DNA of 62,905 nucleotides, counting the filler, from Saprolegnia diclina VS20 (taxonomy: Eukaryota), in the NCBI RefSeq assembly GCF_000281045.1. It is 7 parts of 3 records of this genome, joined end to end, with 100 filler letters (N's around TTAATTAATTAA, not from the genome) between each part and the next. Parts side by side here need not be neighbours in the genome. Positions count along the whole stretch, not along the records: positions 1 to 12,839 come from NW_008246112.1; 6 more parts are not named here. The stretch is one strand, 5' to 3'. Position 1 is the stretch's first letter, and each line of letters begins with the position of its first letter. This document shows, piece after piece, positions 1 to 12,751 of the stretch. The position numbers and the translations under genes were made by a program. Under the pieces are notes generated by a model. The model saw only the letters and a program-made list of their open reading frames with translations. It was not told the origin of the DNA and did no database searches.

Positions 1-638
1 TGCTCTGCCAGATGGTCATTGTGGGCTGCTCGCAGGCCGCCGACCTCATGCAGGACTTCAAGACCGGCTACCTCGTCGGCGCGTCGGCGAACGCCATGAT
101 CGTTGCCCAGATCGTCGGCGCGTGCATGTCGTGCATCATCGTGCCGACCGTGTGGGTGGTCATGAACCAGGCGTTCACGATCCCGGGCGACGTCATCACG
201 GCGCCGTTCGGCGAAGTGTACCGCGTGCTCGCGATCACGGCGTCGGTCGGCCTCTCGGGTCTCCCGACCCACTGCGGCATCTTTATGCTCATTGGCGCCA
301 TCTACACGATCGTCTTCAACTTGTACATCGACTTGTTCTCGGAATCCGAGAACAAGGTGCACAACGCGATCGCCAACTACTGCCCCGTGCCGATGGCCGT
401 CGCGATTGGCATGATCGTGCCCGCGTACTTTGGCCTCGAGGGTATGATCATGGCCGTCATCATCATCTACTGGAAGTCGGTCGACTGCCCGGGCTTTGAG
501 AAGGCGCAGTACATCCTCGCCGCTGCGATGCTCACGGGCGAAGGCTTCTCGGTGCTGACGCAGATCATCGTCTCGATCGCCGGCGGTGCCTCGCCCATGA
601 CGATCTCGTACGCCAACGCCGGCGCCGGCGGCCACTAA
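1..638 (+). CDS. OPT/YSL-family oligopeptide or metal-chelate transporter, C-terminal exon (5' part outside window)
   Basis: ORF 12..638 carries the OPT/YSL motif QAADLMQDFKTGYLVGA...AQIVG and several hydrophobic helices; CAG acceptor just before position 12. Confidence 0.85.
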   Translation, partial: LCQMVIVGCSQAADLMQDFKTGYLVGASANAMIVAQIVGACMSCIIVPTVWVVMNQAFTIPGDVITAPFGEVYRVLAITASVGLSGLPTHCGIFMLIGAIYTIVFNLYIDLFSESENKVHNAIANYCPVPMAVAIGMIVPAYFGLEGMIMAVIIIYWKSVDCPGFEKAQYILAAAMLTGEGFSVLTQIIVSIAGGASPMTISYANAGAGGH

Positions 639-1016
639 GTCTACGTAGCGTAGGCACCTTGGAGTATATATCAATCTATCAATAGTGTCGTGTATCGTGT
701 TTATCGCCATGAACGTGGCCAAAGGTGCGAACGATTCGACGTATCTTGCGACACACAGCAGCACCGGAGTCATGGCGGCACCTTTGGTTCTTGCCGTCAC
801 TCGTCCTCGACGCCGAAGCGTCACGAAGCTGTCGAGCTGCGTCGCCCCACCGTCCTGACTGGCACGTCGCCAAGTACATTGAAATCAAGGGCATACAAGT
901 TATTCCCTTGATCGAAATCGACGCACTCGTGCAGCGCACCATATAAGGAGAGCGATGCACCTCCACATTCCCAATTTGCTCAGCTTGTACTAGCGAGAAA
1001 CAACAGACAACGTTAT

Positions 1017-4000
1017 CTAGGTCGTGGTGCAAATGGTATCCGGCCCCACGTCGTCGACCGACGCAGAGGTGAGCTTGAGCAATGGCAGCGCTGGTGTGCT
1101 CCCCGCGGTCTCGTGGCGCGGCGACAGCGTCGCGCCGAGACTGGAAGGGTACAGCTCGTCATAGTCGTCTTGAAGCGCCCGCAGCATAGAATTGGTGACC
1201 TAGGCGTCGTCACCGTCGATACGATCTTGGCTTTATGGGTCACCGGAACTACCTTGATTTTGTTGGCTGCGTGGACGAGGTACTCGGGGTGCAGGATGAG
1301 CTACCCTTGGTCGTCAACCCACTTTTTAGAGACAGGAAGGAGCATACCGCGCCGTCATCCAAGTTGTAGAAGAGATCCACGATCGCTTCAAAGTCAGCGG
1401 CCAGGATTGCCGGCTAGTCGGTCATGAATATACGAATCATCGATGCGAGGGACGCTCCGTCTACCTCGAGGTACGTGAGGAGCGCCAGCGCGACGCGGAA
1501 GATCATTTTCCAGCCGTAGACAACAAAACCGTCCATGGTGCGGACGACAGCGTCCGGCGGCAGCGTGTCAAAGTTGGTAAATAATGTCATAAACCACCTA
1601 CATCATCGTATATCGTTGTCCGCAGTCGTTGAAGATTCGTAACCCTACCCCGAGGCACACATGCTCACATGAAAATCCTGCGCTTCAAAGTGCGCGTGGA
1701 CGGCGGGCAACCACTGCTTGACGAGCATATGGAGCTGCAACCAGTCCATGTTTCATTCGTACATTCACTGCACTACGCCAAGTACCTGGAAGAAGCGCAA
1801 ATTGAGCAGCGGAACGCCCGGCTTGTACATGTCCATGATCTCGTATGTAGGCGAGACCGCCATCGCCGTTAGGAGCCAAAAGGCCTGCGCTTCGTTCCAC
1901 TCGACGTTGGCGAGCATAAAGGCCGCCAAAAAGTTCTATACGATCTTAGCGCGCCAAGCAACCACGAGAGGACGTCTTACCATGCCCTGGCAGTAGCCCA
2001 CGGTCGAGTTGGTGCTCGTAAAGGCGCGAAGCACGTTGATGAGCGAGTCCTTCTTCGGCTCGCGGTCCAATCCTTCGTACGGATCGGCTTGCTGCACCCA
2101 TACACCATTCGATCAACAAGAAACCTTCACAAGCGACGTCGTACCCGCTCGCGGCGCTTGGTCTTGCGCACGGCAGAGCGGCCAAACGTGCGCCCGACGT
2201 CCGCGACGATCTGCTTGTCGTGCTCGAGGTGGCCGACCGCACCACAGCGCTCAAGAATCAGCTACGCGCCGTGGGATACATCGTCGCGATGCAAGACAGA
2301 GGCGCTTACAGCGTACGCTTCCGACCAGATCGGCGACGACTTGGGCATGATCGAGTACCACTGCACGGCTTGGTCCGAGTCGTACTCGAGGCTCAGCGCG
2401 GACGTGAGTGCTTCGGCAAGGTCGCAAATGAACTTGTTGGTGTCGCTGTCGCTGCAGATGCGCGAGAGCCACATTTGCGGCCTAGTCGCAAGTTGGATGG
2501 TTGCCACAAAGATGCAAACATCGTTTTACCGAAAACAAACCGGAAAGGCCTGCTGCGCAATGGCCTTTCGCTGCAAATCGTGTTTGCCAATGTACGCATG
2601 TAGCGTCTTGCACGTCTACGAAACTACGTCCATCGAAAGCGACTAGGCAGTGTAGCGCACTTGGCTCAACATGGCAATGTCAAAGACATTGAAGTATGGG
2701 AGCGCCCCCGTCGCGACGGGGTGCCACCGAATCTTCTTGTGGCGAATGGCCTAACACAAAGTTCGAGAAACCATCTCTATGGATACAAAAGAATACCTCT
2801 TCGTAGACAGCGATGGCCACGTTCAGTGACTCGAGTGCCTTCTTGGACCGGACCTCGGCGACCTTCAAGCACATACCAAGCTGGCGGTGGGCGACGCGCA
2901 GCTGGGCACACGCCTCGACCGACTCGCTTGGCTACATCCGAAGTCAACACGTAGAGCCACACAAAGGGCGAACCTTGAACTTGTGCGCCGGTGGCGTCTT
3001 GAGTTCTTCCATTGTGCGCGACGGCGACGCGCCGAGCTTGGCGGCCGTGATGGCGTCGAGCTTGGCCACGTCGCAGCCTGTCACAATGAGTTGTCGCCGA
3101 TCCTGAAGAAGCTCGTACCGAGGTGTGTGGCTTCTGCGCGCAGCTTGGCGACGACAGCCGCTTGTGCCGCAACCTGCGTTTCTGTGGTCTTGGCGAGTGC
3201 CTGGATCGCATCTTTGATACGCCGGTTCTCCGTCACCAGCCGGCGCACTTCGGCAAGCCCTACCAAAGATCATAAACATCCGATGCCAGTCCACGTCCAG
3301 ATGTGCTTGCCCTTGTCGTTGTCGATGCTGGCTTTGCACGCGCCACAGACACGGTACTTGCGCGGCGGCGCACCTCTCGAAAGCAGCAGCTCGACCTGCG
3401 ACGCCGTGCAGAGATGGCAAAAGATGTCAAAGCACATGCGACACTAGACACCACAGCGATACAAAATACGAGTCGAAGAAGTCTGTGCGTACGTGGTGGC
3501 GTCGATTTTGCACCGTGAACGGCGCCTCGCACACCGTGCACGCAGAGCGCACGGCGTCGTCTTGCCAGAACCGGTCCTACAGCAAACATCCGATCTGGCA
3601 CCGCTCGTTCCGTGGTACCCACCTGGCGTGCGACTGGGAACTCGGACTGATCGTCCCAGCCGGGCAAGAGCCGATCGACGAGACCAACATACTCTTTCAT
3701 CGCTGCTTCCGGCGCCATTTCACCGAGCTTGTCCCACTCTCGCCTGACAAAATGAAACAGCAAACTCAGGTCCAACCCAATACGAACGACGACGAATCAT
3801 CAACGACGTACATGACAGAGCCGGGACCGGGGAGGTACCCGCCACAGAGCGCAAACCACGGTGTCGACTGGTGGGCTACAGAAACAAGCGCGCCATCAAA
3901 TCTCTGCCGACGCACACGAACACGCGAGTACATACCGTGGGCCGCAACATGGCCCGTGATGTCGCGCACCTCGGACGCCTTCTTTTCGCGATGAATCGCA

Positions 4001-4282
4001 GCCGGGCCCTAATACGCCAGACGTCAGAAGCGCTGCAACTACATCGACGGTGCAGTCGACTTGTTCGATGTGGCACTGGATACTAAAGAGCGCATCTTCG
4101 TGGGCCACGAGGCGCCGCGCCACATCGACGTCCACCGCGCGGTGCGACCCGTTGTAGTACTTGTTGAAGATGGCCGAGACGACCGAGAGTGCGCGGTGGT
4201 ACTTGGCGCGCACGTCGGTCTCGGCCGCGAGGCTGCTTGCGTCTACCGGCACGACCGGCGGCTCGAACGAGAAGGCCTGCAT
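1017..4282 (-). CDS. Multi-exon Rab-GAP: ACBP-like + FYVE + coiled coil + F-box-like + TBC domain
   Basis: Manual splicing gives EWDKLGEMAPEAAMKEYVGLVDRLLPGW (ACBP-like), WQDD..CTVC..RRHH|CRMCFDIFCHLC..RVCGAC (FYVE), and RPQMW..LRAFT..VGYCQGM..WFMTLF..GWKMIFRVALALL (TBC). ATG 4282, stop 1017-1019. The first exons are less certain. Confidence 0.8.
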
Positions 4283-4920
4283 CCGCGTCTTTGCAGCCAA
4301 CCGCCAAGTCGCGGTCCTTTGTATCTTTTGGATCGACTATACTTGACATTGTATAGCATACAATGCCCAAGGCTTAAAAACCGCCAGGTGGCGCCACCAC
4401 CTGTGGGCGCGGACGCAGGTGCTGCCACGTATGGCGCCAGGCGTTGATGAGGAAATCAAGCCAATAGGCGGCAGTAGCCGAGGACGTGTACACTGTAAAT
4501 AATCCAAGGCGGTTGGCGACAGACGACGTCTCTGTGCGGGCGACACTGTCGACGCGGCGTCGGTCAAGCGGCCGAGATGCAAATTGCAAGCCCATGGCCA
4601 CAGCTTTTACTTGTGGACCCGAGACGCCTGTGATTGGCGCTTTGCCCACATGGAGATGCCACGTGTTGCGGAGCTTCCTCGAGGCATCCTGCTCGACACC
4701 TGGCCTCTGTATGCGTGGTAAAAGGTGCCGGACGTGCCTCCGTGACACACGACAGCGACTTTGTATAGACACGGCAAGCCGCGGAAATTTCACTGGCGCG
4801 GCTTATTTTCGGCACATTCGAAGTTCCAGAACTCGAAGTTGCGTGGGGATCCGGTCGTTTGCATACAAACGAGCTGTCACATACAAACGCCAAGTCAAGA
4901 CTTGGCCCGCGGCCGAGCAC

Positions 4921-4937
4921 GGTCATTTTGGATTTTG
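4921..4937 (+). promoter_or_regulatory. Oomycete Inr/FPR-like core promoter element
   Basis: GGTCATTTTGGATTTTG about 15-30 nt upstream of the sestrin ATG, resembling the TCAYTY-N-WTTT consensus. Confidence 0.5.
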
Positions 4938-4950
4938 AGCGCGTCGAGAC

Positions 4951-6908
4951 ATGATGCTGAGCGCCGCGAGGAGCGACAGCCACTTTGCGGTCAAGAAGGA
5001 GTGGTTCTTCCGCCGCCTCCTCAGCGCCGACCCGCGCCAGCGCGCGAGCACCATGGAGCAGCTCGGCGAAGAAGCCATGGCCATGGAGCCGTCGGTCTTG
5101 GAGGCCCATTTGCCCACCATGTGGCGGTTGGCCCGCGAAGCGCCGCTCGCCGACATTCGCACCGGCTGCCGCGCGCTGCTGGCCGACATTGCTGCCAAGC
5201 GCGGCCTGGCCTTCACGCCCAAGTGCGTGCCACCGAACGGCGCCGAGCCCACGGACCAAGACTCGGACGTGTCGTCGTTTTTCCAGAAGTCCGAGGTCAT
5301 TGGCATCGTCAAGAACGAGGATGAGGATCTCCAAGCCATCTTTACGCGCTGCTTCCTTCAAGGTGGCCGCGTCTCGCACTTGACGCGCATGCTTGCGTGG
5401 CACAAGCCGTACCTGCAGCTCTTTCGGTCGTCGATCACGTCCATCATGCTCAACGGTAGCTCATGACGCGATGCCATCGTGCTCATCATAGACGTTTGTA
5501 GATGGCCCGCTCCCGCTCGAGTGGCGCAACTACATTGCGCTCATGGCCGCGGCCGAGTACCGGTGTCACTACGTTTCGATGATCCACCAACACAATTTCC
5601 TCGTAAATGGCGGCGACCCGTCGTGGCTTGACGGCCTCGACTTTGTGCCGGCCAAGCTCGCGCGCCTCCACAGCCTCAACGCGCTCTTAGCGCACCAGCC
5701 ATGGCTCATTACGAGCGATGACATCGCCGACCTGGTACGAGACGCCGTGACGTAATGCTGCCTCTCATGGGTACCGAATGGTAGCTGGCGTCCGACAGCG
5801 ACGGGTCGTCGTGGTCCATCTCGGAGCTCGTGCACGCGATCATCGTCATGTGCATGTACCACTCGATGTGCAGCATCACGCTCGGTCTGGGTGTTGTCGA
5901 CGAAGAAGACCTCGCGATCCTCTCGAGCACGTCCAACCCCGACACGTACATTGGCGCGATCAACCGCCGCAGCAGCATAGGCAAGATGAGCGAGTGCGGC
6001 AGCGAGCTCGGAGCCAGCCCGGGGTACGACGTGGCGCGCATGGAGCTCGAGGAAGAGCTTTTGCGGCAGCGTCTGGCCAAGGACGCAGAGTTTACGCAGA
6101 GCGACGACGAAGACGCGCCTGAAGGCGACGCGACGTCATCCACCGAGAAGGACGACGACGAGGACAATGACGACGAGGACGACGAGGAAGTGCCTTTTGA
6201 ATGCGCGGCCCTTCCGCGTACGTATCATTGCGCTTGTGCAAGCGATGGCTCATGGCGCATGATTGTGTAGCGAGCGGGCGGCTGCGCGGCTTGTCGTCGA
6301 CGGCGCACCTGAAGGGCGAGCTGTGGCGCTACTGCAGCGAGACGTTTGTCGAGTACGTCGACTTTGACGTGCGGTCGCGCGAGTACAACGTGTTGCACAC
6401 GGAAGACTTTTCATGGGACGAGCACTGCTTCTCGCTCGTGAGCCGGTACTTTCCCGGCCAAGGCGTACGTCGTCCTCGATCCCTACAGCATGATCTGACT
6501 GAGCCGCAGGGCCACATTCTGGAAGACCTCTTCAAGCTCACGCTCAAGATGACGTACCACTCGTACGGGGCGCATGCGGAGGCCAAGCATCGCAGCAACC
6601 AGGACGAGGAGAGCTTGGACACGACGCCGTTCCGCCATGCGATCTGGTACTACGTACACCGCATTTACGGCATTTGCCACGACGACTACGACTACAAGAA
6701 CGTCAACATCTTCCTCAACCGCCCGACCAAGCAGTTTGTCAAGAAGGTCGCGTGCACGCCGTGGCGCGTGACGGCCAAGGACATTGAACACTTCAACCAC
6801 ACGTTGACCGCCTCGGAGAAGTGCCATGTGACGTTGCTCACGGCCGAGGCCCGCAAGCAAGCCGGCCTCATGTATGGGCTGCGCGCGGTCATGCAGCACT
6901 TCTTATAG
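4951..6908 (+). CDS. SESN: Sestrin (PA26 family), multi-exon
   Basis: GPLPLEWRNYIALMAAAEYRCHY..GGDPSWL..LAHQPWLIT; WSISELVHAIIVM; DFSWDEHCFSLV; YVHRIYGICHDDYDY; EKCHVTLLTAEARKQAGLMYGLRAVM. Confidence 0.93.
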
Positions 6909-7644
6909 GGCCGGTCGCGTTTTCTAATTTAACAAACAGACTAACCCATGGCCAATCTTGCATCCTGCGCGTCTGACCGTGCACCGGCGAGTGCCGTGCC
7001 GAACATCCGCGGAATTCCAGCTGGTTCTGTGGCAGTTTCGAAGTTCGAAGTGCAATCGCCCAAGTTCAAGTCGCAAGGCGCCGTTGAAGTTGTGGGTGGT
7101 TGTCACACCAAGTGGAGTAGCTGGCGGCGCGTCGTCTGGCCGATGCACTCGACTGAGGTCTTTGCCGCGCTCCTTGTCTAGCTCCTTGTTGCGACCCATG
7201 TCGAGCTCTTTTTTGCCGAGGTCCTTGGTCCTACTACTGTTGTACCGACTAACCTCTGGCTTGGAGGTATGTGAATCGGGTGTATCTCGCCAGCTTGGGG
7301 TGCAGACGAAGAGAATCTATATCTTTTTGTCCCGTGATAGTTGGAAGGACCCAACTGCCAACTTCAAGCGTTATTCGTGGTGCTTCCTGGCGAGATTACG
7401 AGAGCAACACCCGCGGTTCCTTGACCAGTCGGGATCAGCAGAACCGAGAACGCTTCTCGCGCTCGCTCCTACGACGCCTCGCAGGCAGGATATGGTCGCA
7501 TGACCTGGAGAGTATGTCACTGGACTGTCCGAGATGCGCCAAAGGCTATGGCCAAGGCTGTGACTTTGGCGCTTCCACAGCTGCACGGAAGGAATCTGTC
7601 GTTGCCGGTCGTGAGAACTTCTCTTGGGCGCAGCCGGATTACGG

Positions 7645-8570
7645 CTACTCCTTATCCTCCGACGCCTCCAGAGTTGGTCGAAACGACATGACAAGCTCTT
7701 CATGGCTTGGATCGCGCAGCTGCGTCATGAGCAGGCGCACGAGCGAGTCGAGGCTCTCGGGCGTCTCGTGATCGTCGTCGTCGTGCAGCACCTCGATGGA
7801 AGCGGTGTTGCTCAAGTCTGTTGCGAGCGCCTCCAGTGTATCCAAGCGCATCTACAAGATAGATCTTAGTCGATCGAGGAGGATGGACGTGCGCCGTACG
7901 GTCGAGAGGATGGACGCGAAGAGCGGCGTCTTTGCGGATGCCTCTAGCGAAGGTTCCTCCGTCCGCGGCCCATCCACTTGGGCAAGGAACGCGCCCATGA
8001 CATCACCCATGGAGGCGTCTGGGTCTGGGACATGGTGGTCGCCAACCGGTTTCTAAGTCCATAAATTGTAGCGCCGCTTTTGGAGCGAGAGCGTATTACA
8101 CGGTACACGACGCGGCGGTCACCCGTCACTGCATCAACTTCGCCGCTGTATTCGACAAAGCCCATGCGACGTACGAACCGCTCAGTGGCGTCAGATGGGA
8201 CGCACGCGAGCGCGAGGTACCGACTCGGGTCCTTTGCCTCGGATGCAAGGAAGCGCTCAGCCGCGTCCACAAGGTCCGACCCCACACCTACGCGATCTGC
8301 ATCAGCACATAGACATGCGAATGGAGATGTAGCACCTTGGCCGCGCTGGATGGGATCGACACCGAGCGCATCAATCACCGCCGTGTCCTGGTCTCGTAGA
8401 AGCACAAGGACGCCGATAGGACCCATGGTTTCCGCGACAAAGACATGCTTCTGGCCAACATGGGTGGGCTCCGTAGAGAGCTTGCACTGAGCAGAGTCGA
8501 ACGCATGCAGCAGCTGCTCGAGATCGGCGTGCTCCTGCGGCGAGGCCAAGCGGATATCGGCGCAGCCCAT
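7645..8570 (-). CDS. GNAT-family N-acetyltransferase with acidic C-terminal extension
   Basis: LGVDPIQRGQG|VGSDLV (motif A) and ERFVRRMGF. Predicted introns near 8300-8335, 8055-8098 and 7852-7898 join it to the 7645..7851 ORF. Confidence 0.75.
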
Positions 8571-9077
8571 GGTGTTGTGATGGCCCTGCCGGTCGTGCAA
8601 AGATTGTATTTTCGCTGGATACTTTAATTCTGTCACTCTATTTTAAATGCAAATAATAGGATATGCTTGTAAAATAATTTGACAAGTTTTTAGAAGCCCG
8701 CTTCCGATTGGTGCATTTTCATGCATTTTATTGTCAAAATCCATACAATTTCTAGGTAATAGAATGTCGTTAGATGCAGCGATGCCATTGGCTGAAATCG
8801 AATTTAATCAAGTTTCGACTAAACGGCGTGCGCAACGACGTGGTGGCGCCTGAAGCACAAGCAGCTATATCGCTGGTACCTCTGCGCCTCGACGGCATGT
8901 ATTATTGTGCCAATAGAGTACCAACATGTACATTTGTGTATAGTCTAACACAAGGGTTACGTTGTGCGGGGCCATGAATCCAGTGCATTGTTTAGTCGTT
9001 TAGTTGGTCTCTCCACCTCAGGTTATCCGGATAGTCGACAGGCTTGGATTTTAGTTTCAAGCTTGGGAAGGAGTAGG

Positions 9078-9894
9078 ATGAACGTCTTCGGCTTTGGCAA
9101 CCTGCGCGACCGTGCCGCCAACGATGACAGCGACAGCGACGAAGAGAAGCAGTCGTACTACACTGGTGGCACCAACTCGACGGGGGGTGGCAGTGGGCTG
9201 AGCGTCTATGGCAACCCCACGGGCGGCCCTCCGAGCATTGACAACATCATCTCCCGCGCCCAGCAGCAAGGCGCCCAAGGCGATGCGTCGGCGACGCCGT
9301 CGCACGTCATCACGTTCTACGCCGATGGCTTTACAGTCGATGACGGTGAATACCGACGCCGCGATGACGAGAACAACCGCGAGTTCTTGACTGCGATCGA
9401 GCGGGGTGTCGTGCCTCGGGAGCTTGAAGCGCTGCACTCGCGCGGCCAGCACGTCGACATTTCGCTCGTCGACAAGCGCACGCAGCAGTACAAGGAGACG
9501 GCCAAGCCCAAGTACGCTGCGTTCGCTGGCGAAGGCCAAACTATGGGCGCGACCAAGGTACAAGACGAATTCCTTCTCCATGCTCACCTCGTCCATTTCA
9601 CAGGTCGAAGCGGCTGCGATTGTCAGCGATGCGCCCACCACACTTGCGCCCGTCGACACGACGCAGCCGACCACGGTGATTCAGATCCGTCTCGCCAACG
9701 GCGGCCGTGTGCGCGAGACGTTCAACACGACACACACCGTGCGCGACATCCACGCCGTGCTCCACCGCGAAGGCGCGACCGGCCAAGCGTACGTGCTCAT
9801 GGCCGGGTTCCCGCCCAAGCCGCTCGTGGGCATGGACGAGACGCTCCAGGAAGCAGGACTACTCGGCGCTGCGATCACGCAAAAGTGGGCCTAA
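9078..9894 (+). CDS. SEP + UBX domain p97/Cdc48 cofactor (p47/p37/Shp1-like, no N-terminal UBA)
   Basis: YYTGG..SGL; ITFYADGFTVDDG..FLTAIERGVVPREL (SEP); AFAGEGQTMG (SHP box); IQIRLANG..FNTTHTV..GFPPKPL..TLQEAGL (UBX); one intron at about 9558-9603. Confidence 0.93.
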
Positions 9895-9897
9895 TGT

Positions 9898-10699
9898 CTA
9901 CGTCGCCAGCGACTTCTTACGCAAATATAACGCTACAAAGTGCGCGGGTTGGCCTAGCATACCATCATATTTCCAGCGCGTCGCCGTGGCGCCACGTACC
10001 AATGCTGATCTGGTTGATCTGCCATGACACCGCATTGCTGTCGACGTATGGTGCTCGGGACGCATACGAGCCATCTAGACCAATGTGGCAACCGAATAAG
10101 ACCTCTCCGATGGGGCGTACTCGAGAAGACGAAGCAAGCGCCGTCGGCGGTGAGCACACGGTGGATTTCGTTCATCATCTGGCTCGCACCAGCGCTGTTG
10201 GCTACGCCGCAGACGACCGAATCCAAGACCCCTAGCAGCGATGGCATGCGGAAGGAGGACGGATGCCATTGGCCTACATACCCTTGTCGATCACGGCGTC
10301 AAACGACTCGCTCGGGAAGGCCGCCATGTCACGGACGTCCATGAGCACGTCTAGGCGAGTGCAATGCTAAGATGCATGTACGATCGGTCGCGTACACTTG
10401 AGCGCAGGCTGGCCGTCAATCGGCGGCGCCTGGCGCTGCGTCACGATGCGAATGGCCGCGGGCGAAAAGTCCATGCACGTGATGTCGCGGAAGCCGGCGG
10501 CGAGCATGTCGTGGCCCATCGAGCTCGTGCCGCAGCCCACGATCAAGATGCGCTCGGCCTTGGACGGCTTGAAGAACGGCTCGAGGCCTTTCTGAATGAC
10601 GCTGTACGGGAAGTAAGCGTCGCGCGACGTCCGATTGCCTTCGCTGATGTACCGTGCGTCCCAGTACTCGGCGCTGCCATAGTCGGGCAGCCGGTTCAT
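9898..10699 (-). CDS. Class I SAM-dependent methyltransferase (EEF1AKMT4/METTL13-like), multi-exon
   Basis: YGSAEYWDARY, ILIVGCGTS (motif I), CMDFS, DVRDM..FDAVIDKG, EIHRVL; predicted last exon ..LRKKSLAT* with stop 9898-9900. Confidence 0.85.
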
Positions 10700-11414
10700 C
10701 CCACGCCGTTCTTCTTTTTTGGTGGTTCTCGCACGCCCTTTGAGCAATAGATCAGTCAATTGAATTTCGATAACGGGGTGCTATGACGTCCTACTTTGCG
10801 CCAATCCAAAGCATAAGACGACCCCTTTATCGGAAAGTCAACCCAACTTGAAGTTGAGCAACGAGGCGATAGGTGCACGTCGTCATTCTCAGCACGGAAG
10901 AACGCCCGCCATCGATTCACGGAATGCAGTAGAGGCAGTCGGAGTAGCTCGAGCCATGGGGCAAGAAGGGGCACCACCGGCTGCAAGCCCCAGTCCAGCA
11001 TTATTGGTAGCGAACCGAGCATGAAGAACCATTCTACCACCGAGGTCGACAGCACATCTCGCTGGCAGGATGGCACTCATGCGTCCATGTAGATCGACGA
11101 CGACCTCGACCAACTGCTTCGACAGGTCGCCGGTGGCTTCAGCGTCTCCTGACGACTTTGTAGATGGCCGAAGACACGTCGCGAATGAACGACTTTACTG
11201 GCTTCATGCTCACAGAGGTGCTCACACGACACAAGTGCATGGTGTCATTTCTCTCATGCAGAACCCAACACCCGCACTGCGCCCCATCAACCTCGTGCCC
11301 TTGACAGCGACGCTCGACGCCAAAACATCCCTCACCGCCGACAAACCACACCAGCGCCGAGCCATCCAGCCATCGCGGTCGGCCACGAGAAGCGACCGAG
11401 AGCTACCCGGCGTA

Positions 11415-12751
11415 TAGTGGCCCGCATCTTGACCCGACAATTTTTGTCAAAGTGGACAAATTTGGTCGGAAAATTCGCAATACCTAAAATCCTCTCCAGA
11501 ATCGTTTTTGACGCCGTTGAGGCTGAAAAGACACACAACGGCGAGTAGAAGAGCACACATACGTTGATTTCTAGCGTTTTTTAGCTGCAAATTCGACCTC
11601 CATGCGTTCCGTGAGATTCTCCGATGGAATGGAGCGGTGAGATTTGTACTTCTTGACGGCGAACTCTGCGAGAGGCGGTGAAAGTCCAGCTGCGTACACC
11701 TGCATGTACCGATGATAACGCCGCTCGAAGCGCTGAGCATGCTGCAGAGGGACTTGAGCTGGAACCGTTTCGCGGAGGCTCTTGAACGTGTAGTCGCAGT
11801 GATGACAGCAGTAGACCTTGGCACTTCCCCAATAGTTTTCGATTGGGTTGAACTCGGGATGGAACTTGCGGAGGAGGTCCATTAAGTGGCCGCTATCTTC
11901 AAAGACCTTCTCGAGCATCGACTTCTGAGCCGCAAAGTCGGGTTGATGGTCGAGCAAGTTGACCGCACAGCAATTGTACGGCTCTTCTGTCGTGCAGGGC
12001 GTCTTCCTGCACTGCCCACGGATCGTCTCGGCGGGGCCGAGCAGCTCGCGCTCGCGTAGGATCGTGAGACGGCCCTTGGGTGTCCCTGCACAGCATCGCC
12101 CCGCGCATCCAGTAGGCTCCATAGATCGACCTCGTCGTCGCTATCTCAGTCGATGGTCCCGACTTTGTACGCGAGCGATGCTTCCTAATGGAATTCCTCA
12201 GTTGGTGTCAAAGTGGTGGATCAAAGCACGCACCGGTACCGGTCCTAGTACAAGTTGGCAAGGCTCGAGAGCGCAGTTGTCGTGTTCTTCGTCGGTGTTG
12301 TCGCTCTCCTCGGCGTCAAATTCAACAACGTCGCCTAGCTCAGGCGCTTGGCGCTTGGCCTCAAGACCTGCCCTGGCGCGGCGCAGATGAAACGCTTGCC
12401 TGCCGGGTCGCACCATGGATCGGTGGTGAAAAATGGCGATGCGAATCACTTTCGTAGCCCGGGGCATACTATCCGGTTAAATAGATTTTGTACGGATAGC
12501 GTTGGTGTAGCCCGGTGTACCGGCTCTGGAAGTGGACATTTTTGGCCCCTCCCCAACTTAAATGGTCTGTCTTCCAGCTTTTATAACTCAGCGACTAGAC
12601 ATGCTACGAAGAAGATCAAACTATATTCGTGTTCCTCTGTGTCTCGGCTATCGATATATAGCACGTTTAGCGCACAGAACGGCTATAAACATCTTTTATA
12701 ACCCGCACAAAAAGGTCGTGATTCTCTGTCGGGTAAAGTTGCGGGCCACTG
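11415..12751 (-). mobile_element. Internally deleted IS630/Tc1/mariner-superfamily DNA transposon
   Basis: 25-bp TIRs at 11415-11439 and 12727-12751 (22/25 match), each flanked by TA; contains a transposase remnant. Confidence 0.85.
11571..12122 (-). pseudogene. DDE (IS630/Tc1-like) transposase C-terminal remnant
   Basis: PKG..LRER, CC..QPDF..QKS, KFHPEFNPIENYWG..K, KKYKSHR. The N-terminal part is deleted or interrupted by stops. Confidence 0.85.

Noticed and set aside
10860..11400. Short ORFs left of the Tc1 element
   Set aside because: No recognisable motif or consistent splicing
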